Source: Blasia pusilla (taxonomy: Eukaryota). From it: a stretch of DNA of 64,000 bases. The notes under the pieces are model-generated. The model saw only the letters and a list, made by a program, of their open reading frames with translations, was not told the origin of the DNA and made no database searches. Made by a program: the position numbers and the translations under genes. Position 1 is the stretch's first letter. Each line of letters opens with the position of its first letter. Of this stretch, positions 27,938 to 39,419 are shown piece after piece. The DNA is taken from NCBI GenBank assembly GCA_050084515.1, contig CM114271.1:31682001-31746000 (forward strand). The letters are read 5' to 3'.

Positions 27938-28394
27938 TGCAACCCGTCGAGATCCGATGGGTTGCAAGATTAATTTATCTTGCTTTAAGTAACCTACAAC
28001 CCGTCGAAATCCGACGAGTTATACAATGAACTTTTTTCAGAAAAAATTTGCAACCCGTCAAATTCTAACGGTTTCTAAGATGATTTTTTTTCGCAAAAAA
28101 GTAACTTGCAACGCGTCGCATTGCGACGGGTTGCATGATGAATTTTTTTTGCAAAAAAATGACTTGCAAACCATCGGATTTTGACGGGTTGCATGATCAC
28201 CTTTTCTTTAAAAAAATTGCAACCCGTCGCATTCCGACGTTACTTGATGAACTTTTTTCAAAAAAAATTTGCAACCCCTTGTATTCTGACAGGTTGCATT
28301 GCAAACTTTGTTTGCAAAAGAGACGTAACCTGTCGATTCCGACGAGTTGCTTTACCCACCTAATTTGCAACCCGTACGATTTTGACGGGTTGCA
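27938..28394. repeat. Cluster 1 of the 29-bp palindrome (~9 copies, period mostly ~52-58 bp) inside the transposase intron
   Basis: Copies start at 27938, 27995, 28049, 28107, 28165, 28218, 28270, ~28324 and 28366. Spacers are A/T-rich and related to each other. Confidence 0.9.
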
Positions 28395-28647
28395 ACCTCA
28401 AACTTGGACCATCTACTTGGAAAAAATGGAGAAAAATCACTTGTCGCATAAAGTTTCCCCATTGCCTCATACGGACGGTCCACCAACTGAGCCACGAACA
28501 CAACGAACACATGCTTTCTCCACCACACATGAAGCTCTTCTTGGCACTCCATGGCTTGTTTCAAGGTTTTGCTATCCTTGCAATGTTGAAGTAGAGCTAC
28601 ATGCTCTGTTCTCTTAGTCTCCTTCATGCAGGATTTTGTGTAGCGAG

Positions 28648-31600
28648 TGTGAGAAAACAGAAAGTGACGAAATCACTGAAATCTTTACAAAACTTAGAGA
28701 TACAAAGTGGCCTAGTCTGTCCGTGCGCTCACAGAAGAGCTTAGATGGAATCTGAACATGGAGATAACTCGACATACGAGAATGCGCTACCGCTACGACT
28801 CCCGACTATTTCACTACTCGGGAAACTAGGGTTTTTACCTAATTTTCTTCGTTTCTATTAATAGAAAATTTTTGCACATACACCACGACAAAACCTAGGG
28901 TTAGATAATCCTAGTAACGCTACTCCTGAAACCACCTACGTCATATTACTATGACTCCTTCAACGTCTAAGTCGGAACCATCAATCTAAGCTTCTCCTTA
29001 TACAAGGGGGGATCAGATTAATGGTGCTCAGAGAAGTGGATGTTGAGAATCCAACACCTCCCCTCAATATCCACTCTCATGTGCACTACTATCTTGGACC
29101 TATGCCAGACTTGAGGATGTCGGTGAAGCGATCTCGCTCAAAGCGTCGTGAGATGTCTGCACGGTTATCCTCTGTTGGACAATAGACTAACTTCAAAACC
29201 TCTCTTTCGATCAATTCACGAATAAAATGATACTGGATCTCTATGTGCTTCGTACGAGCATGAAACACAGGATTATGTGCAATGGCAATGCAACTCTGAT
29301 TGTCACACCATATTACAATAGCACTCTCTGGTGCTTCTCCTATGTCCTCCAATAGCCATCTGAACCATACTGCTTCACAAGACGCATAACAAGCCGCCTT
29401 GTACTCTGCCTCGGTAGAAGAAAGATCCACTATAAGTTGCTTCTTGTTGACCCATGATACCACACCTGATCCTACCAAGAAGCAATAACCTGAAATTGAT
29501 CTTCGAGAATCTGAATCTCTTGCCCAATCCGAGTCACAAAAACCTGTCATTTCCGTCCCTGCTCCATAGGTGATGCCGTACTCGATAGTGCCTTTGATGT
29601 ACTTCAACACACATATCCCTGCCTTCTAATGGTTCTCATCAGGCTTAGTTGAGAACCTACTCCCACCGCGAAGCTAATGTTTGCTCTAGTCTTACACAAA
29701 AATATCAAACTGCCTACAGGCTTTCTGTAGAACTTTTCATCTACCAATGGTGAAACATCCTCCATCGAGAGTTTCAACTCTACCTCCATTGGGGAGATCA
29801 CTTCCTTACACTCAATCATCCCGAATGCCTTCAAGATTTCTTTAGCATACTTTTGTTGAGAGAGAAAAATAGAATGTGACTGTTTCCAAATCTCCAGCCC
29901 TATAAAGTAGTGCAAAAGACCTAAATCTGATATTTCAAACTCAGATTTCAACACTCCCTTCATTTCCTCTATTTTCTTACTGTGGTTTCCTGTGATGATA
30001 AGATCATCCACATACAAGACTATCAACATATACATCCCATCTTCGCAAAACACATACAAATTTTCTTCTGACGGACTCTTGATGAGACCCTTCTCTTGGA
30101 AGAATGTATCTATTCCTTGATACCATACCCTTGGGGCTTGCTTCAACCCATACAATGCTTGATGAAGTAAACACACTTTCTCTTCTGATCCGGGTATCTC
30201 AAAACCAGGTGGTTGAGATACATACACCTCCTCCTTCAGACTCCCGTTCAGAAAGGAAGACTTCACATTGTATTGGTATACAAGCCAACGTCTTGTTCGT
30301 GCAACCGCTAGAACAATTCGAATGGTTGTCATACTTGCAGTAGGAGCAAAAGTCTCATAGTAGTCAAAACCTTCGATTTTTTAGCATCCTTGTGCAACCA
30401 ACTACGCTTTGAATTTATCCAATGTACCATCCGACTTGTACTTGGTCTTGTACACCCACTTGGTGCGTATTATCTTCCTGTCCTTTGGCTTCTCAACCAA
30501 AGTCCAAGTTTCATTTTTGTGAATAGCGTCCATCTCTATCTGCATGGCCTCTCTCCATTGAGGATGAGCAAGGGTCTCATCCAAGCATGATGGATCTTCC
30601 ACCTTCAAGACCTCTATCATCAAGGCCATGTTGACGAGATATGCGGAAGCTCTATTTTGCTCCTCTAGTCTCTTGGATCTCCTTGGATGTGTAACAACTT
30701 CATCAGTTGCTGGTGGATCCTTACCATCCAAGAGCTGCTTTATCCACTTAGGGTATGACGACGGTAGTGGAAGAGCAGGTTGCTCTTTATAATCATCACC
30801 AAATTCTTCTTCTTGATGATCTAGTGTAAACATTGGTGGTGTGCTTTAGTGGGTTATCTCTTCGTTTGATGATAATGTGGACGGACCTCTGATTTCCGCC
30901 AATTGACGAGGCAATTCTTGGAACATCACATCACGACTCACAAGCATCTTCTTTGCCTCAGGATACCAAAGGCGATAAGCTTTAGACTCATCACTGTATC
31001 CCATAAAGATGCACTTACTGCTCTTGGACTCACTACAAAGCACTCACTACCAAAAGTCCTGAAATGTTGGACTAATGGTACCTTACTTGAGTATGATTGA
31101 TGAGGAGTCATGCCTTGCACTGACTTGGTAGCACTCCTATTTAGAATGTAAACGGAAGTAGTAACATCTTCAGCCCAAAATCCTTGTGTCAAACCTTTTT
31201 CTTTAATCATACATCTTGCCATCTCCACCATTGTACAGTTTCGACACTCAACAACTCCATTTTGTTGTGGTGTATGTGTCGTGGTTAACTGTTGCTTGAT
31301 TCCATGATCCCCTAAATATTTTTTGAATTCTATTGATAAGAATTCTCCTCCTTGATCGGTGCGAAGCTTTTGTACCTTCTTTCCTGTCTCATTCTCAACC
31401 AGCTTGTGCCATACTTTAAATTTTCCAAAAGCACTTGCCTTATCACGATCACATAATATTGCTACTAAAATCAAATTTTGCTTCAACTCTAGTACGTACA
31501 GTACATCAGTTAACTTCTTTTCATCTTCTTTTTGTGAGACTAAAGAAATTGTGCCTTTCCCTTCTACAGGGCACTTTGCATTATTCCCAACAGTAACAAC

Positions 31601-33126
31601 GATGGGCTCTGAGAGGTGTGAAGGAGCTATACCAATCCTTATGATTGGTCATATGCCTAGATGCTCCACTATCGAGCACCATGCATCTTCACTCTTTGAC
31701 TTAGTGGAATTTTCTGCCTATGTGCAAAACTCTTCAATTGCTACCCAAACATCTACTTCATGTTCTTCTAGTTCTCCAGAATTTCTAGACTCCTTCTTAG
31801 GTCTTAAACAACCGTTCTTCTCATCCTGACTCCTCTTTCTACAATCTTTGATAAGATGACCTAGCTTACCACAATAAAAGCATTTGAAGGTTTTCCTTGG
31901 AAATTTCTTCTTCATATTTGAACTATAATCCTGATTTTTAACTCTCTATACATTGGCAGTAAATGTTGCATCACTTCCCTCTCTTGCTTTGAAGCACATT
32001 TCCTCTTCTACCAACATTGCACTAAATTGTTCAAAAGTAAGCGGTGTGGGTCTTACTTGAGTATTCAATGCAGTGACCAAACTATCATACCTTGGAGGCA
32101 AAATCCTTATGCACCAACGTGCCAAATCTTCACTGGACTTTGAAATTCCCACGGATGCCATATGATCTTGAAGATTTTTTATCCTTGTCAAAAATTGCTC
32201 CACGCTTTCGCCTTCTGAAAATTTCTCAGACGTAAGCTGATTCTCGAGATTTTGAATCCAAGTCTCATTCCTCGTTTCATACTGATTCTTCAGAATTTTC
32301 CACGCCTCAGCAGCAGTGGCTATATGTTGAATGAGAGTCATGACAGAATCAGTTACATTCGTGACAATTGCATATAGAGCATCAGCGTTTTTGCGTTTCC
32401 ATGCCATCAATACAACATGATCGATATTACCAGCTGAAGATGAACATGTAGAACTCAAAGTAGCTTGTGGATTCGAATCGACCCTTGTGGCCGTCTCCGA
32501 GATCTCAAATGATTCGAGGACAGTTCTCATTTTGAACTTCCACAATATATAGTTAGACCTATCTAACTTCCCTTCACCCAGCAAAGCAGGGCGAGCACGA
32601 ACTGGCGAAGAAGTATCCATCTCTAAAGATTTTGTGCAAACACACTAGATCGCTAGATACAAAATACTGGAAAACCTACTACTCTCATACCATGTGAGAA
32701 AATAGAAAGTGACGAAATCACTGAAATCTTTACAGAACTTAGAGATACAAAGTGGCCTAGTCCGTTCGTGCGCTCACAGAAGAGCTTCGATGGAACCTGA
32801 ACATGGAGATAACTCGACATACGAGAATGCGCTACCGCTGCAGCTCTTGACTATTTTACTACTCGGGAAACTAGGGTTTTTACCTATTTTTCTTCATTTC
32901 TATTAATAGAAAAATTAATAGAACTCTATATTAGATTAGGGTGCCCCACACCCTGATGCAATATAGGGTTAGATAATCCTAGTAACGCTACTCTTGAAAC
33001 CACCTACGTCATATTACTATGACTCCTTCAACGTCTAAGTCGGAACCATCAATCTAGGCTTCTCCTCATATAAGGGGGCCGGTCAGATTAATGGTGCTCA
33101 GAGAATTGGATGTTAAGAATCCAACA
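28648..33126 (-). mobile_element. Ty1/copia family A copy 3 (both LTRs present; internal deletion of the GAG-pre-integrase/integrase N-terminus)
   Basis: Perfect TSD GCGAG at 28643-28647 and 33127-33131. LTRs at 32693-33126 and 28648-29056; PBS 32681-32692; PPT 29057-29068. ORFs: gag 31946-32620, integrase 30938-31486, RT 29604-30332, RNase H 29089-29610. Confidence 0.96.
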
Positions 33127-34676
33127 GCGAGTCAGAGACTGTTGCCAATGGAAAGCATCCGATCTTTCCCTTTCCGGTTGAACTTCCCCCAAGAACACTT
33201 CCCTGATCGCAATCCATCCTAGTTGGGCATTGTCCGCCATGAAGCCATATATTTCAGGAGGAAGTCTTTTTTTTCCTTCACCACCTCCAGTAAGAGTAAC
33301 CAACACACCTTCAAGCTGCCAACATCGCTTTCATCTCACAAATAAAAATGGTTTTGAGACCCTTCTTCACATGATCGTAAACGTATGCACCCATGGTCAA
33401 CCATCCATTTAACACCCTGTAGCAAATATCAAAGCTAACCTAGCTCCCAAATATATCTTCTCCCTCCCTCATTCTGTCAATAAGATCGAGGATGCTAGAC
33501 AGGCCTGTAGTAGATATTTTGAAGACATAAGCTCTAGATCCCTCGTTTCCTTAGCCCATGAACTGCCATCTCTGAATGAATGGAAACTGTAAGTTGGCCT
33601 TGATCCTAGAAATAGCATCCATCTCCGAGGTCTTTCCATTAAGTATTCATATTTAACGCAGTAAATTCTTGAAGCTTTCAAGATCAACCAAGAATGCAAG
33701 ATTTTCCCACACTTGCTTCTCCTCAACTGCCATTGGCTAGGGATACCCAGCAGTTGTTCATAAATTTGTGATACAGTTGTCAATTCGATTACTCCTAGCT
33801 TTGATCCTGGAGAATTTTTGTACACCTTGGCCACTTTCTTTGCCACATCCTCCTTGATGTATCTCTTAATCGCACCCGTAACATGATGAGTGTGACACCC
33901 AACATGAATTTTTAGCCTTGTGTACTCAAACGTAGAACTGTAGTCTGGCACTATGAAAAAAATATAAGTCGGACACGCTCTAACACAAAAAGGGTAGGCT
34001 TGACACTTCAGACATCGATGGCCACCCAGCAGTATGGTCCTACCCACGGCGTAAGGAGTTTCTGCATTTTTGGGATGGAATTGGGAAGAATTCACAACTT
34101 TGTTCCTCTCAAGGATGGGGCATCCTGGACTTCTGTACTCTAAGGCTCCAACGCATTGGCAACGAGACACAATCCAAGGACCACCTGGGATTGAAGCGCT
34201 TGTCGGCTGGAGTCTGCACCATCGATTACAGTCCAATTTTTGGTCCACACCCTTCAAGCGACCTCCGTCTTTCTTTTGAGAAGGACCGACAAGTGGAGGC
34301 AGCTCAAAAATGCAGTCTCTAGCATACGTTGCTGGCAGCTCATCAAATCAGAGTGAGATAAAATGTTCTTCGACAATTGCATGAATGTCATGAGGTTGGG
34401 CTTGAATTATCTCTAATTGAGGAAGGCTTGCTAGATGACTGCCACATGTGAGCTTCACATAATTGTCCATTTGGGTGAGATCCAGAATGATTGCCAAGAT
34501 AGAGAATAAGAATGAGAATAAGAATGTTGAGTTTACTGTGAACACTGTCCATTTAAATTATGACAGAATATGTCTGACATATAGTTGGTAGTTAGGTTGA
34601 ACCATCGCCAGGTAACTGCACCTACGAGAAAGGAATATTCGGACATGCTGGATTCGGCAAGCTTCCTTGAACCCGG

Positions 34677-35410
34677 GGAGTTCCCCTTGAGTCGACATTC
34701 CAACCCGTCCGGCTTCCTGGAATGTCGACTCAAGGGGAACTCCAACCCGTCGCAGTCCAATGGGTTGGAAACTGTCAAAAGGGATGTCGACGGAACCAAC
34801 CCTAAACCCTAAACGCATGTCAATGAGTTGAATTGAGTTTGGATGGAACGGTACAACCCATCGGAGTCCGACCGATTGGAATATGAACGGCCTCAAAATG
34901 GCGCTCCCTTAGGCACTCAGTTAGGCAGCCTGGGTTCCGTGCAAGTCGTTGGAGTCTGACAGTTTACACGAATCAAGATGAATGGTCCTTGTGCAAGCCG
35001 TCGGAGTCTGACGGGTTGCAGGAAGTGGAAAAGATGAATGGCCCACGTGCAACCCGTCGGAGTCCGATGGGTTGCACAGGACCCAAGCTGGATGGACCTC
35101 GTGCAGTGTATTGATTTTGATTACGATTTGAAGGGCCGGGGACTGTCTGATTAAAAAAGGTAAAATGCACATCGCCTCCCTCAATTGCCCAGTTTACACC
35201 CTTCCATTGGGTTCTTTTTTCTCTCAGTGCAGTGCGAGGAGACCGGCGGGGGACTTTTTTTATCTGACAGTCCGTCGGGGTCCGTCCGGTTGTAGGAATT
35301 GAGCTGGATGAACCCCGTGCAACCTGTCAAAGTCCAACGGGCTGCTTGTCGGTTCGGCTCTACTGCCCAAGCGTTGCAGAATCAACCTTTCAGGCTCCGA
35401 TGGGTTGCAG
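34677..35410. repeat. Cluster 2 of the 29-bp palindrome in the divergent intergenic region, plus a perfect 26-bp inverted repeat (34677-34702 / 34718-34743)
   Basis: Copies at 34741, 34852, 34940, 34992 and 35048, with degenerate ones at ~35265-35410. Confidence 0.85.
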
Positions 35411-35757
35411 GCAGACCACACAGAACATGCACCGTAACGCTCCATCATCATATAACCGGTTCCCCGTCGTACACCAACGGTCGAATCCAACAGCTCTGAA
35501 AGTATATAAGGACCAATTTCGAGGCTTTTCACTTTTCCATTCTACACTTTTCCGCGTTTTTTCCAACTCCCCCGTTCACACGACTACTAAATCTGACTTT
35601 CCAGTTACTCAGACATTTAGATGGTTGGTCGTTGTCTTTTCATTTGGGGGCTACAACAGTTAGTGACGACGGTTTGAGTTGATCAATTCTTTTCAGAGGA
35701 AACCATGATTGAGGTCAAAACCCTTTGCGCAACGTTCGATTCTGGACTTATTTCAGG

Positions 35758-38112
35758 ATGAATAAAAAAAAAAGCCAAGCCAGCAAGGTCAGGAGCTTCT
35801 CGCCCAAGTCTGGCGGAACTCCGTCTTCTGTAACGCAGCGCGCCCGTATATGTAAAGCAAGAGAAAATCGAGCAGTGCGAGCGGAAACCAAAATGAGGAA
35901 GCATGAAATGTTGGCAAAACTATCTCTAGAGAAACTCGCGAAGCAAGAGGAGAAGCGAGAAGTGAAATTGCTTACGAATGCGGAGAAGGCCGAGAAGAAA
36001 CGCATGGTGGCAGAGATCAAGCACAAAAAGGCTAGACGTCGCCTTTCAGAAAGCTGAATTGGCAAAAGTCAAGAAGGAAAAGGCAATCACTATAGAAGAA
36101 GAACCCTCCCTACGACCCACCGAGAGTGTGGAAATGGAGGATGTGTCATCCATGAGGTCAAGTGGTCCAATGCACGAGACCAACACCGACGAGCTTCCCG
36201 AGACCAACAAGGAGGTTGTTAGAACCCCGAGTGTCGAGATCATGGAGATCTCAGAAGGAGAAGGAGAAGAATCTTCTGCATCTCAGAAGCCTGTTGAAGA
36301 ATTTGATCTCTTCAAAATTGAAGAGTTTCCAGTAGACTTGCTGGAGTAGGCTCCAGAGCAGCTTCGCTGAACTTGATACGGCCCAGTTTTTTAGCGGATA
36401 AGCATTGTTCTATAGTTCTCTCTGCATTGTATCAGTGCCAATCATTTGGAAAATTTGAATTCACAATGTGACATTCTTGCAAGTGGTGAAGCAAATGGCC
36501 TTGGTGGATGGCCCGAATGCCCCGAGGATGCCTCTTTTCTGACTCCAAACGATGGAATACGTCAGAGAAATCCAATCGGAGGAAGACATTGACAAGTTGA
36601 AGCGGTCTGTGGCAATAGCTTCATACGTTGATAGCTTCCCACCTTTCTATGTTCAACCGTATGATGAGCATGGAACCCAGGCTTTGGTAACGGAGGAAGA
36701 TCTGGAGAGTATCGATGCTTTTTTAAGGCTGAGGGACCTGGAGTTCCGGAAGGTAGTGGCAAGAACCCAGTACAAGTGGATACAAAACTGGTATTTTTTA
36801 ATTTGGGATGGCAACCTCCGATTCAAGGCGTGGTTGCAGTTTGCAACAGAGCGTCCAAACTCCCTTGAGGCTCACTTCTACGTGAGGGCGGTGGTCCTCC
36901 TTCCCTACCCGAATCACATGGCCATGGTGGAAATGGCCATGCACTCCATGAACACGTAAGTATCCTAAATCTTTTCTTCATGAAAATGAACCGTTTTTGA
37001 CTCATCGTACTCAAGAATCAAGTCATCATTAACAATAGCTGCAACCCGTCGAAAGGTGACGGGTTGCGGGAGGAAGAACTTGCTGGCGTATTTGCAATCC
37101 GTGGGACTCTAACGAATTCCTTTTGGCCGTCTATTGAGTTGCCTAGCAACTCGTTGGAGTCCGACGGGTTGCACAATCTCAAGTGTGGCCATCCCACTAG
37201 GACAGGGCCTACAACCCGTCAGAGTCCGACGGGTTGCAGTTTCAGGAGAGGGCGTGGTTTGAGTGGCCGATCATGCAACCCGTCGGACTCCGACGGGATG
37301 CATAATCTTTACAAAAGGAGTCTTGCTTGGGGCTGCTGTGCAACCAGTTGGTCTCCGACGGATTGCAAAGCCACGTAGACCCAGACCTTCTGCAAAGAAC
37401 ATTCAACCCGTTGGACTCCGACGGGTTGCAAAACCACTCAAACCAGGCCCTATCCTACCTCATATGCAACCCGTCGGACTCCGATGGGTTGCAAACCACT
37501 CGACCAGGGTTTTTCCAACCGCATATGCAACCCGTCGGAGTCTAACGGATTGCAGGGCTAGTCAAACTTGGCTATCTGCACTACAATTTGTGCAACTGGT
37601 CGGACTCTGACGGGTTGCAAGTGAAAAAACTATCGTCAAAATCCTGAACCCGGATGCAAACATAAAATCCGATGTGGGTGGCTTTGCAAACCGTCAGTTT
37701 CCGACGGATTGAATTTTTGAATTTACTGTACTCGAGGTGCTTTCCGATAGACTCTGACGAGGTGCAACCCAACCCCGGATGGTCCCGGATGCAAATCGTC
37801 AATTTCCAACAGATTGCAGGGAATAAGATTTTGGAGCAACCCATCGGACTCCAACGGGTTGCAAATAGTTGTCGTTTAGTTCATATGCTTCCAACCTGTC
37901 AGAAATCGACGAGTTGCTAGTTGTAAATTTTCTTACTTCTCATTGATGTTTGCAGCATTGTGTCCGAAGGGAATGTTACCCATCAGTGGATCCAGGAATG
38001 CGACCGAGTGAGGAAGGTTCTTACAACGCATCCGTCGCAATACAAAGGAATCCTCGGAATTCAAACATGGAATAGTATTGATTGGATGGGATATTTCAAG
38101 CATTTTGCATGA
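35758..38112 (+). pseudogene. Spliced gene with a basic/acidic low-complexity N-terminus and a ParB/sulfiredoxin-like domain; intron 36956-37955
   Basis: ORF 36552-36959 has YFLIWDGNLRFKAW, matching the ParB/Srx xxDGxHR signature with H>L. The donor ac|GTAAG at 36956 and acceptor TTTGCAG|c at 37955 give the in-frame continuation TIVSEGNVTHQWIQECDRVRKVLTTHPSQYKGILG. Upstream there is a frameshift and stops. Confidence 0.6.
37040..37918. repeat. Cluster 3: regularly interspaced 29-bp palindromic repeats (~15 copies; core of 8 copies with 32-36-nt spacers) inside the ParB-like gene intron
   Basis: Core repeats start at 37145, 37210, 37274, 37339, 37402, 37465, 37526 and 37591. The consensus TGCAACCCGTCGGA(C/G)TCCGACGGGTTGCA is a 14+1+14 palindrome. 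Confidence 0.93.
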
Positions 38113-38573
38113 AGAGTCAATAGTCCATAATCTCAACCACATCTTCTGAGAAGTTAAACCCTGAAGGGCACAAGAATCTATTGACACCATAGTCAGAGTC
38201 TTTATTAGAACCTTTCATTGAGATGAAATTAGTTTAGGCCCGGTCAAATTATCTGCCGATGTTCCTCCAACAATAATACCCCTTAGCCCGGCTTATTATA
38301 GAGCTGGCTTAGACAAGGAATGTGAAGAAAATTGGGCTCACATGGAGAGTGATGGAAGGATGTTTACAGTGGTCTTATGATGTCTACTTCTTTTTCCAAG
38401 GATGGAAAAAGAAGGTTAGTTTAGGCTCGAATGTGGTCCACTTGCTACTCTCTTCTAAAGATTTCATGAATTTGAATCAAACAAAATTTCAAAAATATCA
38501 AAAAGTTTTGAAGAGAGGAGGTGAATTCTGCCTTTTTCTTTAAAGAGAGACTCTCCTCTCTTCCTCTCCTCTC

Positions 38574-39153
38574 TTACTCTCTACTGCCAAAATACCAACC
38601 CCTTGACAATCCACCTTCGTGATAATTGCGTGATGACGCTCGTGGTGATGAAGCTTCCTCTCTTGCTCGTTTAAGGTGTGAGGGTGGGGTTATACTATCT
38701 TCTTCTCTTGGTCTCTTATCTCTTCTCAAAGACCCATCATCCACATCGCGATACTGAATCTCCATATCCTTCATCAACTCAGCCACTTTGAGTTGAACAA
38801 ATACCTTGCTCACTAACTTCCTCTTCTTCTTGGGGAGGTCTTCTTACTTTCGGACGCCATTGAACAAAGCCCAATCCTTTGTCCACAAATTCTCTTCCAC
38901 TTTCCTTGCAAATTCTCTAATCGCACGTCTCGACCACTTCAGCCGCGAATTTTTGAACTCTCCTTTCAAAACTTGTGGGTTAATGGGGCTATCCAAGTGC
39001 GCCTTCAATTCATCTTCCGTGATGAATTACGAGACGGTCTTCTTGTTCACCTTCGGAGGCATCTCTGGTGTTGATGTATCAAGGGGATCTTCCCTTCTTC
39101 CATCGTCCTCATTGTCGTGAGGGATACGGTATTCATGAGGTGGCAACTCCATC
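38574..39153 (-). pseudogene. Degenerate ORF of unknown function (about 190 codons, two in-frame stops)
   Basis: ORFs 39027-39227 and 38574-38813 lie in one frame, joined by FITEDELKAHLDSPINPQVLKGEFKNSRLKWSRRAIREFARKVEENLWTKDWALF. Confidence 0.35.
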
Positions 39154-39419
39154 TTGTCTTTTACCAAAATACAAAAAGAAAGATGATTTAGAAATGATTG
39201 TAATAATAGTGATACAATGACATACAATACATTTGTACATTAATCAAGCTTAATCATTTACAAAAATTCATACTAACACATTCATCTTTTTGAACCAAGT
39301 CTTTCATTTCTCATGGAAAATATCCAATCTTCAAACGGATTTACAATCACACTACCACTATTACTGGCCTTAACCCCAAATCTACATCGTCTACACCTAA
39401 TACTTTCGCATTTGCTCTA

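Larger units (their letters stand above)
26480..34480 (-). pseudogene. Mutator-like (MULE) DDE transposase with N-terminal zinc finger and C-terminal SWIM domain; intron 27885-28440; interrupted by copia 28648-33126
   Basis: The N-terminal Cys/His domain reads CVGALEYRSPGCP...CLKC...CVRAC...RLKIHVGCHTH. Catalytic segments are SFDICYR, FMADNAQ and DAFHWQQSLTR|YTKSC, which stays in frame across the copia TSD. SWWTVRMRQWGNFMRQ splices GT..AG to GLNIHENALFPNTSGAESVH. The SWIM-like end reads YVVHICCFPACSYDDF...FPC*HMYYV. Several stops and frameshifts are present. Confidence 0.8.

Noticed and set aside
37040-37918. Calling the array a bona fide prokaryotic CRISPR or bacterial contamination
   Set aside because: There are no cas genes or leader. 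The repeats are degenerate with CpG-type transitions, the array lies in a spliceosomal intron among plant TEs, some spacers are related, and the same motif occurs in non-array contexts.
37064-37920. ORFs with repeated CNPSDSDGL / QPVGLRRVA peptides (also at 28135-28617 and 34533-35184)
   Set aside because: These are translations of the palindromic DNA repeat in several frames and on both strands; the spacing is not codon-phased.
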